A stretch of 64,000 bases of DNA from Amoebophrya sp. A120 (lineage: Eukaryota > Protista > Dinoflagellata): positions 13,553,712-13,617,711 of the forward strand of contig CAJINV010000001.1 of assembly GCA_905178155.1 (NCBI GenBank). Reading direction: 5' to 3'. The notes under the pieces were generated by a model that saw only the letters and a list, made by a program, of their open reading frames with translations, had not been told where the DNA came from and ran no database searches. This document shows positions 61,428-64,000 of the stretch, piece by piece; position 1 is the stretch's first letter, and the number at the start of each line of letters is the position of its first letter. A program made the position numbers and the translations under genes.

Positions 61428-62162
61428 GCCAGAGCGCGATGAAGCTGCCGAAAGTTAATCGAGCTACCTGTAGTTGTTGTACATCTGATAACCTCGGAAG
61501 TAGGAACAACGACACAGCGGCGCATATTTTAGCTCTACCCCTTGAGAAACGAACACAGCGACACTATCACTCACGGCATTGCTCACGAACCGAAATGTCA
61601 CATGTGACATCACAAAAGACGCGACGAAAGACAAAACACATGAAATAATGCACCTTCATGGAATCGTGGTTCACTGGCTCAGTTGCGACCTGATGGAGTC
61701 CAAATTTTTCTCGAAGCGAAGCGCAGCGCGAGCCTCTATAAATGGACAAAGTTCTTAGCATTTACTGCTACAGCAAAATACGGAATTCAATACTGCGTCC
61801 GAAAGCAGTCGGTCAGAATTGACTTGCTACAGCTCTAGAGCTCCTCTCAACTTTGGATCAGTAACGCGATCGCTAAATCCTATGAATTGCTTCTTTGCTT
61901 CAATCGCAATTCTTGCATGATGCCAATACAGGACCTCAGAGATGCGCCTAGATATTTTTTATAGTAAATCAGAAGTTTATAGATTTTATTCGCGAGTAGT
62001 CATTTGTTTTTGTCCCCTAACATCATTTTTCATCCGGATAATTGAAGTTATCCGTCCTGCTATTGCTTTTCCTTTTCACCATCTGCTTTTTCTAAATGGC
62101 GGTCTCTTACCCCGACGATACGCTGCGAATCGTTTTAGAAAGTCGAAGAAGCGAGAAGAACC

Positions 62163-63167
62163 ATGCCAGAGTATTGGCCGTGGGGTTACGAAGAGGACTT
62201 ATTTGAAAGGCGAGCGGCAATCATGTTTTCGTCGCGGTTGAATTCCAAGCTTTCCAACCGCGTCGCCGGCCCGGCAGAAACGGATAAGCAGTACCAGCAC
62301 CAAATCACCCGGGACGTACCCCGAGCAAAGAAGAAGCCGAAGTTTAGCTTCAGAGATAGAAAAAACTCCTCAGATGAGGATTCGGAAGCGGAAGACGAAA
62401 CCAATGACCCACTAACAGCAGCCTCTCGCGGAAGTACAACAACCAAACCGCAGAAAATTCGGCGCATTGCGCACGTGGAGGGGCACTATGCGACGTTCGC
62501 GTTCTTCGACTGCGCCGACCTACCGTGGTTGCCGTTCATGCAGAGACAGTGCGCGAAGCGGCTGCAGGACGCGCAGGGGCCGGACGGGGACTTGGTGGGG
62601 AGAATCGAGAATCCGCACATCAGCGTGTCCCCGTTGGTGATGATTCGGTACCAGTTCATTGACACGTTGATCAACCGCGCGAAGGAGCTGGTGAAGAAGC
62701 ACACGAAGGGCCCCTTCACCGTGCAGTTCCACCCGAAGGGGGACATTTTCGCCAACATGGACCACAACCGGTGGTTCGGCGCGCTGCCGCTGAAGGGGCA
62801 GCAGGGGATCGACCAGGTCACGCGGTACTCCATGATTCTAGAGCGGATGTTCGAGCACTACGACGCCACGGACCACACGCAGCCTCTGGAAAAGGGGCAG
62901 ACCAACATCGAGACGCAGATCGAGAAGGCCAGCACGGTGCAGCCGGCGTTGTGGAAGGAACCGCGGCCGCACCTGTCCCTCGCGTGGTGTCTGACGCAAC
63001 CGGAAAACCTGCCCACCGGGGGCGGTCACGCGGATTTTGGGCCGAACTGCTGGCCGGGCATCCTCGGAGACCTGCCCGTTCCGGTCACGGAGGGAGACGG
63101 ACTGGAAATGAAGGTGGACACGCTCGTGGTGCAGGTCGGGAATCGATTTACGAAGATTCCGCTGTGA
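62163..63167 (+). CDS. USB1: U6 snRNA phosphodiesterase Usb1 (2H phosphoesterase)
   Basis: RRIAHVEGHYATF plus two HxS motifs (PHISVS, PHLSLAW); C-terminal VQVGNRFTKIPL. Confidence 0.82.
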   Translation: MPEYWPWGYEEDLFERRAAIMFSSRLNSKLSNRVAGPAETDKQYQHQITRDVPRAKKKPKFSFRDRKNSSDEDSEAEDETNDPLTAASRGSTTTKPQKIRRIAHVEGHYATFAFFDCADLPWLPFMQRQCAKRLQDAQGPDGDLVGRIENPHISVSPLVMIRYQFIDTLINRAKELVKKHTKGPFTVQFHPKGDIFANMDHNRWFGALPLKGQQGIDQVTRYSMILERMFEHYDATDHTQPLEKGQTNIETQIEKASTVQPALWKEPRPHLSLAWCLTQPENLPTGGGHADFGPNCWPGILGDLPVPVTEGDGLEMKVDTLVVQVGNRFTKIPL

Positions 63168-63780
63168 TGAACGAGTAAAAGCGGAAGATTTTTATACACC
63201 ACTCCGTAGTAGTTGTTTCAGCCCAAATTGATGTGAAAAAACGGCTCAAGAAGTTATAATTGCTGGTCTGCAATACAGCAAAGGCGAAATTTTCATCCCC
63301 AATCATTTCAACAGCGACAGTTTCTTTTTCTTTGTCGATCAAGCGCGCGCCCCGTTTGTATCGAGTCAATCTAACAACTTCGAATAATTCCGTAAGACCC
63401 GTTGCCGGCTCCAGCTTGATTCAGGTCCGGGACATCCGCGGATGCTGTGTTCCTTGACCTTCTGACGAAAAAGATGAATTGTCGATGCTATCATGCATGC
63501 CGATTGGTGGTGATGATAAGGAGCACGTCAGATGCTGTGGAAACTGTACATAGTACCTTGAACAACTAGAAAGCAGGTTACAGTTTTCTGCTGGAATCGT
63601 CTTTCTCTCTTTTGCGCTTGTTGGTTTTGGTTTTCGTCTTTCGTGTCGGATGGAAAAGATCATAGTGCCGCCGTAAGAAGTTAAGAAGATAAGACTTCAA
63701 CACTTTTCTTTTCTCTGTTGATAGGCAAAGTGGCTGCATGTGTAGTGGGAGAACATCAAGTAGAGGCGCGCGTTTTGTAG

Positions 63781-63999
<219 letters not shown>

Positions 64000-64000
64000 T

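Noticed and set aside
62163-63167. Functional link between USB1 (U6 processing) and the introners
   Set aside because: A housekeeping gene among unrelated genes; proximity alone is not evidence.

Overview
This is eukaryotic, intron-containing DNA, most likely from an alveolate. The inverted-repeat non-canonical introns and the one-strand gene order suggest a syndinian dinoflagellate such as Amoebophrya (inference). About 20 host genes all lie on the + strand: Rab4, PRMT5, RPS23, Pam16, two bestrophin-like paralogues, syntaxin-5, USB1, Rab6 and several unknowns. Four structures stand out. (1) Eleven TAT...ATA terminal-inverted-repeat (TIR) elements with 5-bp target-site duplications (TSDs). 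Ten interrupt exons, and removing the element plus one TSD restores the frame (introners). One copy is 4.33 kb long and is colinear at both ends with a 263-bp sibling. (2) A 22-kb cluster (36.8-58.9 kb) of seven divergent single-pass membrane protein genes. Most carry an N-terminal myristoylation-type motif, Cys next to the TM helix, and C-terminal S(A/G/S)FL(E/Q)-like and (P)RLRG motifs. (3) A gag-only retroelement-like unit with a zinc knuckle and a RanBP2 finger between 415-bp direct repeats at the left edge. (4) A 1.65-kb non-coding foldback/MULE-like element with a (CG)n core. All gene models were built by eye; no searches were run.
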